Assembly (NCBI GenBank): GCA_029240055.1 | Contig: JARBTT010000001.1 | Coordinates: 1-60,071 of the forward strand | Direction of reading: 5' to 3' | Length of the DNA: 60,071 bases | Source: Massilibacillus sp. | GTDB taxonomy: Bacteria; Bacillota; Negativicutes; JARBTT01 | The notes under the pieces: model-generated | The model's database searches: none | Told to the model about the DNA's origin: nothing | The model's input: the letters and a program-made list of their open reading frames with translations, nothing else | Made by a program: the position numbers and the translations under genes | In this document: piece by piece, positions 7,355-15,745 of the stretch | How the letters are laid out: every line of letters starts with the position of its first letter | Numbering within the stretch: position 1 is the first letter of the stretch

Positions 7355-9298
7355 TTGAAGAAAAAGAAAAGATCTAAGAATTTCCATAAAATATTTGCAA
7401 TTTATGTTTGTAGTTTTTGTATTTTGCAGAGTAATGTAGAAGCGACAAATGCTATTTCCGTTGCTGATGAAGTAAAAAATACAGCGGGTTTTATGCGAGA
7501 GTCAGCAAAAAAAATTGCTGAACACCGTAAAGCTGTTGCTAAGGAAAAGCAAGCTGAAGCTGATGTGTCTAAGACTGCAAAGGATGTAGCGCAATTAGAA
7601 GCGGATAAAGCTGTTACGGAAAAAACATTAGCTGCTGCTGTTGAAGTATTAAAGAAAAACGATGAAACAGCTAAACAGGCTGAACTGGAGGCAAAAGAAA
7701 AAGATCGTTTAGCAAAACAGGCAATGGCTGATGAAGAGGTGGCATTACAGGAAAAAGCAATTGCCGAGCAAGCAATTGCCGAGGCCAAAGCTGAAGAAAA
7801 TGAAATAACTTATCGGGAAAATGCAGCAGTTCAGGCGGCAGAAGCACAAGCAGACGTAGATAGCGAAGCTGGTGCGGCAGAGGCTGTTAAAGCAGTTGGG
7901 TATGATGAAACTAGAATTGATGAGGCGAAAGCACAGGCTCAGGCTATTGCTACTAGAGCTTATGCTGCTGCCGAAGAGAGAAGTTTAGTTGCTGAAGCTA
8001 GAGTAAATGAGGCAGCCGCTGCGGTTGAAGCTGCCGAAAAAAGGTTAGAGGAAACCGAAGGAGAATTAGGCTTTGCAGCAGATGCCCGTTTGGATGCCGA
8101 TGAGGCGGAAAAATCTGCTCAAGAGGCAAAAAAGGATTTGATGGGAGCAAAGTCGGATGTAGAAAAGCTTCGCATTAGCCTTGCCGAATCGGAAAAAGAG
8201 TTAACAGTTGCACAAGCCGTGCTTATTGAAGCGCAGGTAGCCTTAGAAAATGCAAAAAAAGATTTGAGACCAATCACAAATAGCCGTACTACCCAAACAG
8301 AAGCTAAATATTATTCTTGGAAGGATAGTCAAGGATATAGTGGCCATCAGTTTTATCAGCCTTATGATTTTAATGTGGTTGATAAAAACACTGAATATGG
8401 ATTAAGCACTGGTTATGTAGTGTCAAATAATAATTTAAATAGCAATGGAAAGATTTCAACTTTAACAGATACTACTGTTAATATTGCCAAAACAAATCCA
8501 AAAGAAAAGTATTCAGTTCGTTATAGCTTAGATATAAATTTGCCAACAGGAAAGTCGAAGCTTAATGGCTCTGGACAAATCATGTCAGATGATTTGGTAG
8601 AAAAAACTCGTTTTGGTGAAGGGTGGGATTATACCCCTGGTATTAGTGTTAGTCATAAAATTGGCGAAGAAGATACTTGGACTTTTGATACTACTTATTC
8701 TTTTCGTGGTAGTTATGAATATGATAGTACAAAACTTGGCGCGAAGATTGATCCAGGATCAGAATGGTCAAAAAGTCTTAATTGGCTACATGCAGGACAA
8801 AAATGGCAGTTGTTCGGGGAGTTATCCCATACGAATTACGGAAGGTCAGAAGAAAACGGAATTCAGTATAGGGAAGGAAACCAATTTGATGCAAAATTAT
8901 TTTATAACTTTGTTTTAGATGCTAAACAAGATTTAATGGTTTATTATTGGTATTCCACTGGTCGATCTACTACATATCCTATGCAAAGTCTTTATGATGC
9001 AGAGGGGGATTTAAATCGTCGCTATTTTGGTGCGGAATGGGCGAAAAAATTATCAACTACGCGAACTTTTCATGTGATGGCAAATGTAATGAATAGTACA
9101 GGTAGTACTTATGATCCGATTGCTGCCTTATATGTAAGTGATCGGACTAAATATAGTGGTGGTATTGGCTACGATGTTGCATTGTCTCCCAACCAAACAG
9201 TGTCCTTTGAGATTGAAAAATTCTATATGAAAGATCATTCGCCAGATAATAGTTATCATGGTTGTAATTTATATTTAAGATATTCAGCAAATTTCTAA
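7355..9298 (+). CDS. Secreted outer-membrane protein: signal peptide, ~270-aa Ala/Glu/Lys coiled coil, C-terminal beta-barrel-like domain
   Basis: Start at TTG 7355, 8 nt after AGGAGG (7341-7346). Signal peptide KKKKRSKNFHKIFAIYVCSFCILQSNVEA. The C-terminal ~340 aa have alternating aromatic/polar strands and end in ...NLYLRYSANF, an OMP beta-signal with terminal Phe. Confidence 0.7.
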   Translation: MKKKKRSKNFHKIFAIYVCSFCILQSNVEATNAISVADEVKNTAGFMRESAKKIAEHRKAVAKEKQAEADVSKTAKDVAQLEADKAVTEKTLAAAVEVLKKNDETAKQAELEAKEKDRLAKQAMADEEVALQEKAIAEQAIAEAKAEENEITYRENAAVQAAEAQADVDSEAGAAEAVKAVGYDETRIDEAKAQAQAIATRAYAAAEERSLVAEARVNEAAAAVEAAEKRLEETEGELGFAADARLDADEAEKSAQEAKKDLMGAKSDVEKLRISLAESEKELTVAQAVLIEAQVALENAKKDLRPITNSRTTQTEAKYYSWKDSQGYSGHQFYQPYDFNVVDKNTEYGLSTGYVVSNNNLNSNGKISTLTDTTVNIAKTNPKEKYSVRYSLDINLPTGKSKLNGSGQIMSDDLVEKTRFGEGWDYTPGISVSHKIGEEDTWTFDTTYSFRGSYEYDSTKLGAKIDPGSEWSKSLNWLHAGQKWQLFGELSHTNYGRSEENGIQYREGNQFDAKLFYNFVLDAKQDLMVYYWYSTGRSTTYPMQSLYDAEGDLNRRYFGAEWAKKLSTTRTFHVMANVMNSTGSTYDPIAALYVSDRTKYSGGIGYDVALSPNQTVSFEIEKFYMKDHSPDNSYHGCNLYLRYSANF

Positions 9299-9442
9299 GA
9301 GGTAGAATATAGTAGTTATAAAGACAATTGTAAAAATAATTTAGTTAAAATCTCCAGAAAAGGCTAGAAACTGCAGCGTTAAATTAGTATAATAGGAACA
9401 CAAAAGTTTTTATGAGTATGATAAAATATTTAGGAGGCAAAA

Positions 9443-10666
9443 ATGACTTTAATAGGTAAGGCGGTAGTTGCTCAAGGTGGTGGCCCAACTGCAGTGATTA
9501 ATCAAAGTTTGGTTGGTATTATTGAGGAAGCGAAAAGACACCCTGAAATTACGCGGGTTTATGGTGCAATTCGAGGTGTTGAAGGTATCGTCAACGAAGA
9601 TTTAGTTGACTTAACACAAGAAACAACTCGTAATTTAAATGATGTGGCAATGACTCCATCATCAGCGTTATTATCAACTCGTGTAAGACCTGATAAAGCG
9701 TATTGTCGTGAAATTTTTAAAGTGCTAAAAGCGCACGAAATTCGTTATTTTTTCTATATTGGCGGCAATGATTCATCTGATACGGTAAGAATTGTTAATG
9801 AATATGCTGAAGTAGAGGGCTATGCCCTTCGTGCGATTCACGTACCAAAAACAATTGATAATGATTTGCTGGGCAATGATCATACACCAGGTTACGGTTC
9901 AGCAGCTCGGTTCGTGATGCAGGCGTTTTCTGGTATCAATTTAGATATGAAAGCGCTTGGCGGTATTTATGTTGGGATTATCATGGGGAGACATGCAGGC
10001 TTCTTAACAGCATCGGCAAGTGCGGCAAGAAAATTCCCTGGTGATGGCCCGCATTTGATCTATTTACCAGAACGACATTTTGATATGGAAACTTTTTTAG
10101 CAGATGTTAAACGGGTTTATGATCGATTAGGTCGTTGTGTGATTGCGGTTTCAGAAGGCATTGTTGATGCAGAAGGCGTCGCAATTGTAACGAAACATAT
10201 GAAAAGTTTAGAATTAGATGCCCATGGCAATGTTAATATTTCCGGCAATGGCGCGCTTGGTAATCTTCTTGCTGAGACCATCAAGGCTAAATTAAATATT
10301 AAAAGAGTACGTGCCGATACGTTTGGGTATATCCAACGTTGTTTCTTAGGAAATGTATCTGACGTTGACCAAGAGGAAGCACGTGAGGTTGGCGAAAAAG
10401 CAGTACAATTTGCTGTTCGGCAGGGAAAATCAGGTTCTGTTTGTATTGAACGTATTGGTAATTACGCCGTTCAATACACTATATTACCAATTCAGGAGGT
10501 TGCCGGACTTACACAAACGATGCCAGATAAATTTATCAATGTGCAGGGCAATGATGTAACCTCAGAATTTAGAGAATATATCATGCCATTACTAGGTACA
10601 GATATTCCTAAAACGGCGGTGATTCGAGCACCAAAGGTAGCGAAAATTATCCATAAAGAAAAATAA
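9443..10666 (+). CDS. Phosphofructokinase-family enzyme (PPi-dependent-like subtype; donor specificity not determinable here)
   Basis: GGGPTAVINQS, IGGNDS, PKTIDND and MGRHAGF motifs. RBS AGGAGG. Confidence 0.85.
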   Translation: MTLIGKAVVAQGGGPTAVINQSLVGIIEEAKRHPEITRVYGAIRGVEGIVNEDLVDLTQETTRNLNDVAMTPSSALLSTRVRPDKAYCREIFKVLKAHEIRYFFYIGGNDSSDTVRIVNEYAEVEGYALRAIHVPKTIDNDLLGNDHTPGYGSAARFVMQAFSGINLDMKALGGIYVGIIMGRHAGFLTASASAARKFPGDGPHLIYLPERHFDMETFLADVKRVYDRLGRCVIAVSEGIVDAEGVAIVTKHMKSLELDAHGNVNISGNGALGNLLAETIKAKLNIKRVRADTFGYIQRCFLGNVSDVDQEEAREVGEKAVQFAVRQGKSGSVCIERIGNYAVQYTILPIQEVAGLTQTMPDKFINVQGNDVTSEFREYIMPLLGTDIPKTAVIRAPKVAKIIHKEK

Positions 10667-10681
10667 AATAATCTAAAATAA

Positions 10682-10722
10682 TGGGAGTTATTGCCACGAA
10701 AACGGCAGTAACCCCCATTTTT
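10682..10722 (+). terminator. Intrinsic terminator after the phosphofructokinase gene
   Basis: TGGGAGTTATTGCC...GGCAGTAACCCCCA followed by TTTTTT. Confidence 0.65.
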
Positions 10723-10777
10723 TAGATTTATATAAGATTTACTTGTAAAAGTAAAAGAGTCGGTATATACTAATAAT

Positions 10778-10789
10778 GAGCATATGCTC
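10778..10789. promoter_or_regulatory. Perfect 12-bp palindrome GAGCATATGCTC abutting the DUF134 gene start
   Basis: Read directly; ends 2 nt before the first in-frame ATG (10792). Confidence 0.3.
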
Positions 10790-10806
10790 AAATGAAGGGA
10801 ATGGTA

Positions 10807-11310
10807 ATGGTGGCAAGATTACGATGCTGTGGATTGATTGACGATTTACCCGAATGCCGAAAATTTTCCAGTGATATTGGTGCTGACAAGGCTGCTGTAG
10901 TTATCCATTTCGAAGAATTTGAAGCAATACGCTTAAAAGATTACCAAGGCCTAGATCAAGCTGGTGCGGCAGAGGTGATGAGATTATCTCGACCGACATT
11001 TCAACGAATTTTACAGTCTGCTAGAGAAAAGTTTGCAGTTGCTCTGGTGGAAGGCCGTACCATATTAATAGAAGGGGGAAATTATAAAATGGCTAACAGA
11101 ACATTTGAATGTCAAGAATGTCAACATGTATGGGAGGTACCACCTTGCGAGGAAGGTGGTAAACATGGTTATGAAATTGAATGTCCGAAATGCAAAAGTT
11201 TGAAAAAAATCAAACTAGAAAATGGCGTTCGTCATGTCTGTGGTGGTGGTCATAGTCAAGGTCATACGCATGGTGGCGGTTGTTGTGGTGGACATCACCA
11301 TCATGAATAA
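10807..11310 (+). CDS. DUF134 (UPF0251) DNA-binding protein fused to a C-terminal zinc ribbon and a Gly/His/Cys-rich tail
   Basis: DUF134-like core (FEEFEAIRLKDYQGLDQAGAAEVMRLSRPTFQRIL.SAR.K). CxxC...CxxC (CQECQH...CPKCKS). Tail GGGHSQGHTHGGGCCGGHHHHE. ATG 10807 is preferred (GAAGGGA upstream); ATG 10792 is also possible. Confidence 0.7.
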   Translation: MVARLRCCGLIDDLPECRKFSSDIGADKAAVVIHFEEFEAIRLKDYQGLDQAGAAEVMRLSRPTFQRILQSAREKFAVALVEGRTILIEGGNYKMANRTFECQECQHVWEVPPCEEGGKHGYEIECPKCKSLKKIKLENGVRHVCGGGHSQGHTHGGGCCGGHHHHE

Positions 11311-11362
11311 TATAAACTAAATTAATGAAATGCTGTAAATAAACTTATTGAATTTCAGTCGG

Positions 11363-11396
11363 AGACTTCTGCAATTATTTTGTGGAAGTCTTTTTA
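11363..11396 (+). terminator. Intrinsic terminator after the DUF134 gene
   Basis: AGACTTC...GAAGTCT followed by TTTTT. Confidence 0.6.
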
Positions 11397-11475
11397 GTTT
11401 AGATGAAATTTTGCAATACTATCTAGTGATACGTAAGTACAACAAAATGATTTTTAAATATTTTAAAAATTGCGA

Positions 11476-11541
11476 TTATATGTATACAATAATTAATATA
11501 TGAGCTATAATAATTATTGTATATTACATATTGTATACATG
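11476..11541. promoter_or_regulatory. Composite palindromic region with two inverted TTGTATACAT boxes (candidate operator) upstream of the DAACS-1 promoter
   Basis: ATGTATACAA at 11480-11489 (reverse complement is TTGTATACAT) and TTGTATACAT at 11531-11540. Inner arms CAATAATTA and TAATTATTG. Confidence 0.45.
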
Positions 11542-11551
11542 CGCAATTTTA

Positions 11552-11580
11552 TTGACAAAATATATGGTCATCTATATAAT
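11552..11580 (+). promoter_or_regulatory. Consensus sigma70 promoter TTGACA-17-TATAAT for the first DAACS transporter gene
   Basis: Exact consensus hexamers at 11552-11557 and 11575-11580 with a 17-nt spacer. Confidence 0.75.
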
Positions 11581-11693
11581 AATTAACTTGAGTGACCAAT
11601 TCTATATTGATGTAATTTATAATTAAATTGCTCAAATAGAATAGCCAAAAATAAAGTATAAAAAATACAAAAATACTACTAGGGGGATGCAAA

Positions 11694-12941
11694 ATGAATA
11701 AAAAAATTGGTCTTAGCACACAGATTCTTTTAGGGTTGATTATTGGGGCATTATTTGGTTATTTTTTTCCGGAAATAGGTGCTAAGTTAAAACCAGTTGG
11801 CGATGGTTTCGTCCGTATGATTAAAATGATCGTTGTACCATTAATTTTTAGTACATTGGTAATGGGGATTGCCGGCACTGGTGATTTTAAAAAATTAGGT
11901 CGCCTAGGTGGTAAGGCAATTATTTGGTTTGAGGTCGCAACTACAGTAGCTCTTGCAGTAGGTCTTATTGCTGTGAATCTTATAGAACCAGGCGTTGGTG
12001 TAAACATCCCAGTGCCAGCGGATGCAAGTGCGCAAGCGGCTGCTACTGCTAAAAAATCAATTGATATGGTAGAATATGTTTTACATATTATCCCGACAAA
12101 TATTGTGGATGCTTGTTCTCGTAATGATATGTTACAAATTATCTTCTTTACGTGTTTCTTTGGTGTTGGTGTGGCACATATCGGCAAGGATTCAGAGATT
12201 ATCGTAAATTTATGCCGTAGCATCGCTGAAGCAATGTTTAAAGTAACACATTACGTAATGCGCTTAGCGCCAATTGGTATTTTTGCTATGATTGCTTATA
12301 CGGTAGGTAGTTTTGGCGTTGGTATGTTGATTCCACTAGGGAAATTGATTTTATCATTGATTGGGGCAACCATAGTCTTTTTAGCGATACTGCTTGTCAG
12401 TGCATCAATGATTACTGGAATTAATTTTATCCATGTTGTAAAAGGCGTAAAAGAAGCTTTATTACTTGCTTTTTCTACAGCTAGTAGTGAAGCTGCATTG
12501 CCAATCGCGATGCAACGGCTAGAACAACTGGGGGTACCTAAAAATATTGTAACTTTTGTTATGCCAACGGGATATTCTTTTAATTTAGATGGCTCGACTT
12601 TATATAGTTCTTTAACGGTAATTTTTATTGCGCAAATTTATGGAATAGATTTATCATTAGGGCAACAATTATTAATGATGGTAACGTTGATGTTATCGAC
12701 CAAAGGAATCGCCGGTGTACCAGGGGCAGGCTTCATTGTCGTCGCTGCTACTGCTACTGCGTTTGGCTTACCAGCCGATGGCGTAGCAATTGTTCTTGGT
12801 GTTGACCGTATCTTAGACATGGTTCGTACTTGTTGTAACGTTTTTGGTAACTGTATTGCTACTGTAGTGGTAGCTCGTTGGGAAAAAGATTTAACAGTCG
12901 AAGCTTTCAACGAGGCATATGAAAAGAATTTTAACGCTTAA
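11694..12941 (+). CDS. Dicarboxylate/amino acid:cation symporter (DAACS; GltP/DctA-like), copy 1
   Basis: 415 aa, multi-TM. Family motifs FSTASSEAALP, PTGYSFNLDGST, GIAGVPGAGF, DRILDM.RT. RBS GGGGGA. Confidence 0.9.
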   Translation: MNKKIGLSTQILLGLIIGALFGYFFPEIGAKLKPVGDGFVRMIKMIVVPLIFSTLVMGIAGTGDFKKLGRLGGKAIIWFEVATTVALAVGLIAVNLIEPGVGVNIPVPADASAQAAATAKKSIDMVEYVLHIIPTNIVDACSRNDMLQIIFFTCFFGVGVAHIGKDSEIIVNLCRSIAEAMFKVTHYVMRLAPIGIFAMIAYTVGSFGVGMLIPLGKLILSLIGATIVFLAILLVSASMITGINFIHVVKGVKEALLLAFSTASSEAALPIAMQRLEQLGVPKNIVTFVMPTGYSFNLDGSTLYSSLTVIFIAQIYGIDLSLGQQLLMMVTLMLSTKGIAGVPGAGFIVVAATATAFGLPADGVAIVLGVDRILDMVRTCCNVFGNCIATVVVARWEKDLTVEAFNEAYEKNFNA

Positions 12942-12963
12942 GTAAAATTTTTAGTGAAAATGA

Positions 12964-13011
12964 AACCCTATTGATGATGCTTAACCAAAGTGTTATCAAT
13001 AGGGTCTTTTT
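12964..13011 (+). terminator. Intrinsic terminator after DAACS copy 1
   Basis: CCCTATTGAT...ATCAATAGGG followed by TCTTTTT. Confidence 0.75.
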
Positions 13012-13163
13012 CTCTATAATAATAAAAGAGAACACTGAAAAAAATATTTAATATATATATAATTTATGATAAATCGTATGGAATTAGAGATACCATTGTA
13101 TTTTTCTATTAAAATAAAAGTAAACTATTAATATATTTTAAAGTAATGTTGGGAGGATACAAT

Positions 13164-14405
13164 ATGAAAAAAAAGTTTGGCCTTAGTGCACAGATTTTTT
13201 TAGGTTTAGTTTTGGGATCTTTATTCGGATATTTTTTCCCGGAAATAGGTGCGAAGCTAAAGCCTTTAGGTGACGCATTTATCCGTATGATAAAAATGAT
13301 TGTGGTACCACTCATATTTACTACTTTAGTTATGGGAATTGCTGGGACCGGTGATTTTAAAAAGTTAGGCCGTTTGGGTGGTAAAGCGATTATCTGGTTT
13401 GAAGTAGCAACGACAGTAGCGCTTGCCATTGGTCTTATTACTGTGAATCTTATTGAACCTGGTGTTGGAATAAATATTCCTTTACCAGCAGATGGAAGTA
13501 CACAAATGGCAGCAAGTAAGTCTATTGATATGGTAGAATATATACTTCATATTATCCCGACAAATATCGTAGATGCTTGTGTACGAGCTGATATGTTACA
13601 AATCATTTTCTTTACTTGCTTTTTTGGTGTTGGTGTAGCACATATTGGTAAAGATGCAGAAATTATTGTCAATGTTTGCCGCAGTATAGCCGAAGCTATG
13701 TTCAAAGTGACGCACTATGTGATGATGCTCGCACCGATTGGTATTTTTGCAATGATTTCTTATACGATCGGTAATTTTGGTTTAGCGATGTTAATACCAT
13801 TAGGAAAATTATTTATTTCATTGGTTGTTGCTGTTTCAGCGTTTTTATTGCTGTTAATTATTTGTGCATCGCTCATTACTAAAATTAATTTATTCCATTT
13901 AATAAAAGCCCTTAGGGAACCATTGATACTAGCCTTTTCTACAGCGAGTAGTGAAGCTGCTTTGCCTTTGGTAATGCAACGGTTAGAGGAAGTAGGCGTA
14001 CCAAAGCATATTGTAACTTTTGTTATCCCAACGGGATATTCTTTTAATTTAGATGGTTCTACCTTGTACAGTGCCTTAGCACTGATCTTTATTGCCCAAC
14101 TGTATGGTGTCGATATTCCATTGGGTCAACAATTGCTGATTATGCTAAGTTTGATGCTATCGACAAAAGGAATTGCTGGAGTACCGGGAGCTTCCTTTAT
14201 TGTTATTGCGGCAACCGCTACTGCATTTGGCTTACCAGCCGATGGAATTGCCATTATTCTTGGTATTGATAGAATATTAGATATGATTCGTACCTTGTGT
14301 AATGTGCTAGGAAATTGTGTCGCTACTATTGTAGTGGCGTGTTGGGAAAAAGAGCTAACAAAAGAGCAGTTTAATGAATCTTATGAAAAAAATTTCAATG
14401 CTTAG
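13164..14405 (+). CDS. Dicarboxylate/amino acid:cation symporter (DAACS), copy 2 (tandem paralog)
   Basis: Collinear with copy 1, with long identical runs (FGYFFPEIGAKLKP, GIAGTGDFKKLGRLGGKAIIWFEVATTVALA). Start at ATG 13164 behind GGGAGG. Confidence 0.9.
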   Translation: MKKKFGLSAQIFLGLVLGSLFGYFFPEIGAKLKPLGDAFIRMIKMIVVPLIFTTLVMGIAGTGDFKKLGRLGGKAIIWFEVATTVALAIGLITVNLIEPGVGINIPLPADGSTQMAASKSIDMVEYILHIIPTNIVDACVRADMLQIIFFTCFFGVGVAHIGKDAEIIVNVCRSIAEAMFKVTHYVMMLAPIGIFAMISYTIGNFGLAMLIPLGKLFISLVVAVSAFLLLLIICASLITKINLFHLIKALREPLILAFSTASSEAALPLVMQRLEEVGVPKHIVTFVIPTGYSFNLDGSTLYSALALIFIAQLYGVDIPLGQQLLIMLSLMLSTKGIAGVPGASFIVIAATATAFGLPADGIAIILGIDRILDMIRTLCNVLGNCVATIVVACWEKELTKEQFNESYEKNFNA

Positions 14406-14437
14406 ATAAAATTTGTTGATTTTATGTAGGAGTAACT

Positions 14438-14478
14438 ATATCCATAATAGAAGTAATCTATTATGGATATTTTATTTT
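14438..14478 (+). terminator. Intrinsic terminator after DAACS copy 2
   Basis: ATATCCATAATAG-aagtaat-CTATTATGGATAT followed by TTTATTTT. Confidence 0.75.
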
Positions 14479-14493
14479 ACAGGAAGTGATAAT

Positions 14494-15744
14494 ATGCTTA
14501 CAAAAAAGTATAAAGCAACAGTCGCACTCACGATTAGTATGGTTGGATGTCTATTTACCTACCCCTATCATGCGAATTTTTGGGGAGGATTAATTTATAG
14601 TGGTTTTTTGGCAGCCATGATTGGCGGTCTGGCGGATTGGTTTGCGATTACAGCTTTGTTTCGCAAGCCATTAGGAATCGCTTATCGAACAGAAGTTATT
14701 CCGCGTAATCGTCAACGGATTTTTAATGAAATGATCGTCTTTGTGAGTAAGGATTTATTAAATCCGCTGAACATTATGAATGTTGTTCAGCAATACGATA
14801 CGAGTGAAATGGTCATCAAATACTTGGAAGAAAACGATGGGCAAACGAAGGTGAAAATATTAGCGCAGCAGATTAGCACAGCTCTATTACATAATGTGGA
14901 TGGCCAAGCAATCGGTGCATTGGTAGAAAGTGTTGTAAAAGATGGAGCAAAAAATATCAATTTAATCCCTGTGCTGCAAACGAGTTTGATCTGGTCAATT
15001 GAACATCATTATGATGAAACTATTGTAAATTTTATTTTAGATGAGTTAATTTGGATCATTCGTGAAGAAGAGATGAAGAAAAATCTAACGTTCTTAATTG
15101 AAAAAGCTAAGGAAGAATATGAAGGCAGTAGCAAACGCAGGCAAATAGCTAGTATGGTTTTTGCAATATCCTCGGATCGTTTGGCGGCAATGGCACAAAA
15201 AGAAATCATCAAATACTTAGAGGCGTTGCATGCAAGCGATCATAAACTGCGGGTACAGTTAAAACGATCTTTAAAAGGGATGGTTGTAACCTTAGATGCT
15301 AATCTTAGTTTTCAAGAGTTGATTAAATATTATCAAGAAAAAATAATTTCTGAAAAATTAAATATCGGTGAGAAGGTAAGCGCGTATATTCACACAATTT
15401 TGCAGCCAGTAGCTAAGGATAAATCATTGGCTACTCAAAGTCATATTGATAAATTTATTGATGAAAAAGTAGTAGAATTAAAGAAAAGCAATCGAGTACA
15501 GGCGATAGTGGATACAAAAATTAAAGCATATCTAGAGATATTTATTACCGAGCAACATGATATGATTGTGAAAATTATGCAAGAACGATTAAACGAATTT
15601 TCCAATGAGGCGTTGATTAACTTTATTGAAAATAGGGTCGGCGATGATTTGCAAATGATCCGGATTAATGGCTCTTTGATTGGTGGTTTAGTAGGCATGT
15701 TACTATATGTGATTACTTACCTAGCAGAAAGGGTATGGTGCTAA
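14494..15744 (+). CDS. DUF445-family membrane protein, copy 1
   Basis: Motif GGLADWFAITALFRKPLG near the N-terminus and a C-terminal TM (INGSLIGGLVGMLLY). Start at ATG 14494 behind AGGAAG; the ORF-track start lies inside the upstream terminator. Confidence 0.75.
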   Translation: MLTKKYKATVALTISMVGCLFTYPYHANFWGGLIYSGFLAAMIGGLADWFAITALFRKPLGIAYRTEVIPRNRQRIFNEMIVFVSKDLLNPLNIMNVVQQYDTSEMVIKYLEENDGQTKVKILAQQISTALLHNVDGQAIGALVESVVKDGAKNINLIPVLQTSLIWSIEHHYDETIVNFILDELIWIIREEEMKKNLTFLIEKAKEEYEGSSKRRQIASMVFAISSDRLAAMAQKEIIKYLEALHASDHKLRVQLKRSLKGMVVTLDANLSFQELIKYYQEKIISEKLNIGEKVSAYIHTILQPVAKDKSLATQSHIDKFIDEKVVELKKSNRVQAIVDTKIKAYLEIFITEQHDMIVKIMQERLNEFSNEALINFIENRVGDDLQMIRINGSLIGGLVGMLLYVITYLAERVWC

Positions 15745-15745
15745 G

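Noticed and set aside
8613-8918. 101-aa plus-strand ORF nested out of frame inside the outer-membrane protein gene
   Set aside because: It lies entirely within a longer coherent ORF whose beta-strand pattern and C-terminal signal are convincing. It has no independent RBS.
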